Shown: positions 60,967-64,000 of the stretch, piece after piece | Layout of the letters: each line of letters begins with the position of its first letter | Numbering within the stretch: position 1 is the first letter of the stretch | Assembly (NCBI RefSeq): GCF_009914755.1 | Contig: NC_060938.1 | From: the human T2T-CHM13v2.0 reference genome, Homo sapiens | Length of the DNA stretch: 64,000 nucleotides | Direction: 5' to 3' (one strand) | Position numbers and translations under genes: made by a program | The notes under the pieces: generated by a model | What the model was told of the DNA's origin: nothing | Seen by the model: the letters and a program-made list of their open reading frames with translations, nothing else | The model's database searches: none

Positions 60967-61073
60967 ACATATCCTGGTTTCTTATTTAACATATATATTT
61001 GGAAATCCAATGGAACTTTTATATAATTAATATTCAAACAATCAGGTACTTTGTTTAGAAAGTTGTTTTAGTT

Positions 61074-61407
<334 letters not shown>

Positions 61408-62054
61408 CTATACATACTATGATTTTTAAATACTATGAATAAATTAATATATGTAATATCTTTATTTTCAATTATGCTATTCTAATGCTGCTTCAAATAA
61501 AAATGAGCCAAATATTCAAAAAAATTGTATTATCATTCCAAAAAATGGGAATAAATTAAACAATGGACAAAATTTTTTAATGTTATTAAAACATTACATT
61601 GTACTTTGCAGTTTTACCCAGAAAAACCTTTTAAGTTTAATTTTAAAATACTTTTGTTTCAAAACACTTATATTTTCAACTTCATACTCTGGTCCATAAT
61701 CTGTGTGGTAACTGGCAATTGTAGAAGTTAAAAGTCATAAAGAAAAAGCCTTTTGTTTTCTAAAAATTAGCAATGTGAACAAGAATTAATCAAACTATTT
61801 CATTGTAGTGACTATGTTACTCTTAACAGGATATAGAATGGTCTAAAATATCTCTAGGCTTCTGTCCCTCATTATGTACAAATTTTAACAAGAGGCATTA
61901 ATTAGTGAGAGTAAGTAATTCAAAAAGTTTGTATAAACATTATAATTTTATAAGTTATATTGCTTCCTTTTAAACATAACATTAGCTAAGAATAAACCTC
62001 ATTTGGATATTTAGAACTATAAGTGGATGGTTCCATTATTTACATTATTTAGAA

Positions 62055-62087
<33 letters not shown>

Positions 62088-62430
62088 ATTTCCTTTTAGG
62101 GATGGACGCCCTACACTCATTGATGTCCTACATACAATTCATTCTGTGCTCCTTTAGTTTTTTTGAGTGGTTATTGTTTAATTGGACGCAAGTAAAACTA
62201 AGCAAGTAAAAATATCTTGAAAATACTGGATTTTTTCTATCTTATTTATTATTGCCACCTCTTTTACATTCTTTTATGTCTTAAAAGATGAAATTATACA
62301 TAAATATGTGTGTGCTTGCGTGTAAAATAGGCAGTTCCAGAATTTGTCAATGTAATAAACATCTTATGGAAGAAATCTGTATGCAGCAAATCCTCAGCTA
62401 TCCCTGATACTTAAGTAATAAAAAAACAGC

Positions 62431-62856
62431 TGATATGGTTTGGATCTGTGTCCCTGCCCAAATGTCATATTGAAATGTAATCCTCAGTGTTGGAAGTGAT
62501 GCCTGGTGGTAGGTGATTGGATCTTGGTGTGGGATTTCTCATGAATGGGTTAAGCACCATTCCCCCTTGGCACTGCCATTGCGATAGGATAGTGTGAGTT
62601 CTCATGAGACGTATTCATTTAAAAATGTGTAGCACCTCCCAGGTTGCCCTCTTGCCCCTGCTCTGGCCATGTGATGTGCAAGCTCCCACTTCACCTTCTG
62701 CCATGATTGTAAGCTTCCAGAAGCCTCTCCAGAAGCAGATATCAGCATCATGCTTCCTATACAGCCTGCAAAACTGTAAGCCAATTAAACTTCTTTTCTT
62801 TATAAATTACCCAGTCTCAGGTATTTCTTTATAGCAGTGCAACAATAGACTAACAA
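62431..62856 (+). mobile_element. MSTA-type MaLR solo LTR
   Basis: tgatatggtttggatctgtgtcc...ccatgattgtaagctt...ccaattaaacttcttttctttataaattacccagtctcaggtatttctttatagcag. Confidence 0.92.
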
Positions 62857-63145
62857 ACCAGGCATGCATTTTTTTGTGTGTTTACACAACAAATTTACTG
62901 AACAGCTATCATGTAAAATATATTATGCTGGGAATACAAAATATATAAAGCATAGCTTGTTATCTGCAATGATGGACTGAATTGCTAAGGATGATACAAA
63001 ATATATATAGAGAGGTATACATATGTATATCCACATATGAATGATATAACTTAGTTTTTAATAGTCCATATTAATATTTCTTACATGTAGCACAGGTATC
63101 CAAGTTAAGCAAAAAATAAATTATTTTCAAATTAAAAAAAAATCA

Positions 63146-63441
63146 GGATGAACATGGTGGCTCGTACCTGTAGTCTCAACAGTTTGGGAGGCCGAGGCAG
63201 GAAGATTGCTTGAAGTCAGGTGTTTGGGACAAGCCTGAGCAACATAGCATGACCCGGTCTCTACACAAAATTAAAAAATTAGCCAGGTATGGAGGTGCAC
63301 ACTTGTAGTCCCAGCTACTCAGGAAGCTGAGGTGGAAGCATTGGTTGAGCCCGATTTTACTGAACAAAGCTGCAGTAAGCTATGATCGTGCCACTGTAGT
63401 TCAGCCCGGGCAACAGAGTGAAACCCTGTCTCTTAAAAAAA
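63146..63441 (+). mobile_element. AluJ
   Basis: ggaagattgcttgaagtcagg...agctatgatcgtgccactg; TSD aaaaaaatca. Confidence 0.92.
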
Positions 63442-64000
63442 TCACTATAAAAGTTAGACTGTTTTTCAATTTAAAAACATTATCTGAATTCCTGTACTAT
63501 TAGTTTTGCAAGAATAAGCCTTAGATAGGCATGTAGGCAAGATCTGCTGGCAGAGATTACATGCCTGGAAAATGAACCTTTGATGTACTCAGGAATATTC
63601 TGGAGTTGTTACCAGTTATTTGTACCTGAAAAATAGTGACATATAACCAAGTTCTTCAGAAGATTTGGAAATATATGGAAGGGAGGTCCTTGAAAGCCAT
63701 GATAACATGATCCTCACCTAGAGCTGGCAAGACTGCCTGCATCCAGTTGCCTTCCTGGGCAGGCCAGGGAAGTTTTCCTCTGAGAGGAAATGCAGTTGGA
63801 TTATAACCCCTGCTCTGGGAAGTCACCTTGGGATGCAGACAAATTGTATCATTTTTACCTACATTAAAATAACTAAACTTTGCCTGTGTCTATCGGTATT
63901 TTTTACTCAATTATGTTCATCCCTGTCACACTAGAGACAACTGTGCCACTGTTTATTGTCATTCCTATTATAGAGTTGAATTTTAAAATCTTATGCTGAA

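Overview
AT-rich, CpG-depleted primate (very likely human) genomic DNA with no CpG island and no intact protein-coding exon that I can support. It looks like the deep interior of a large intron or a gene desert. The only gene-derived feature is a decayed, intronless RPA2 (RPA32) processed pseudogene at ~26.9-28.66 kb (+). The rest is a fossil record of transposable elements: a 5'-inverted L1PA followed by older L1MA/L1MB/L1MC pieces, two Tigger1 copies in opposite orientation, about 12 Alu elements or monomers (one AluY), MaLR/ERVL LTRs (MLT1, MSTA, MER21, MER77), HAL1, MER20, MER5, MADE1, MIR and L2, plus microsatellites. I did not find a new multi-gene system. The most interesting signals are structural: an ancient triple-unit palindrome at 41.4 kb, an Alu plus antisense L1 fragment that seem to share one target-site duplication (TSD), a mirror-duplicated segment inside an old L1, a perfect 19-bp-arm hairpin, a microsatellite born in one TSD copy, and templated repeats at deletion junctions. 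Repeat subfamily names come from remembered consensus sequences and boundaries are approximate.
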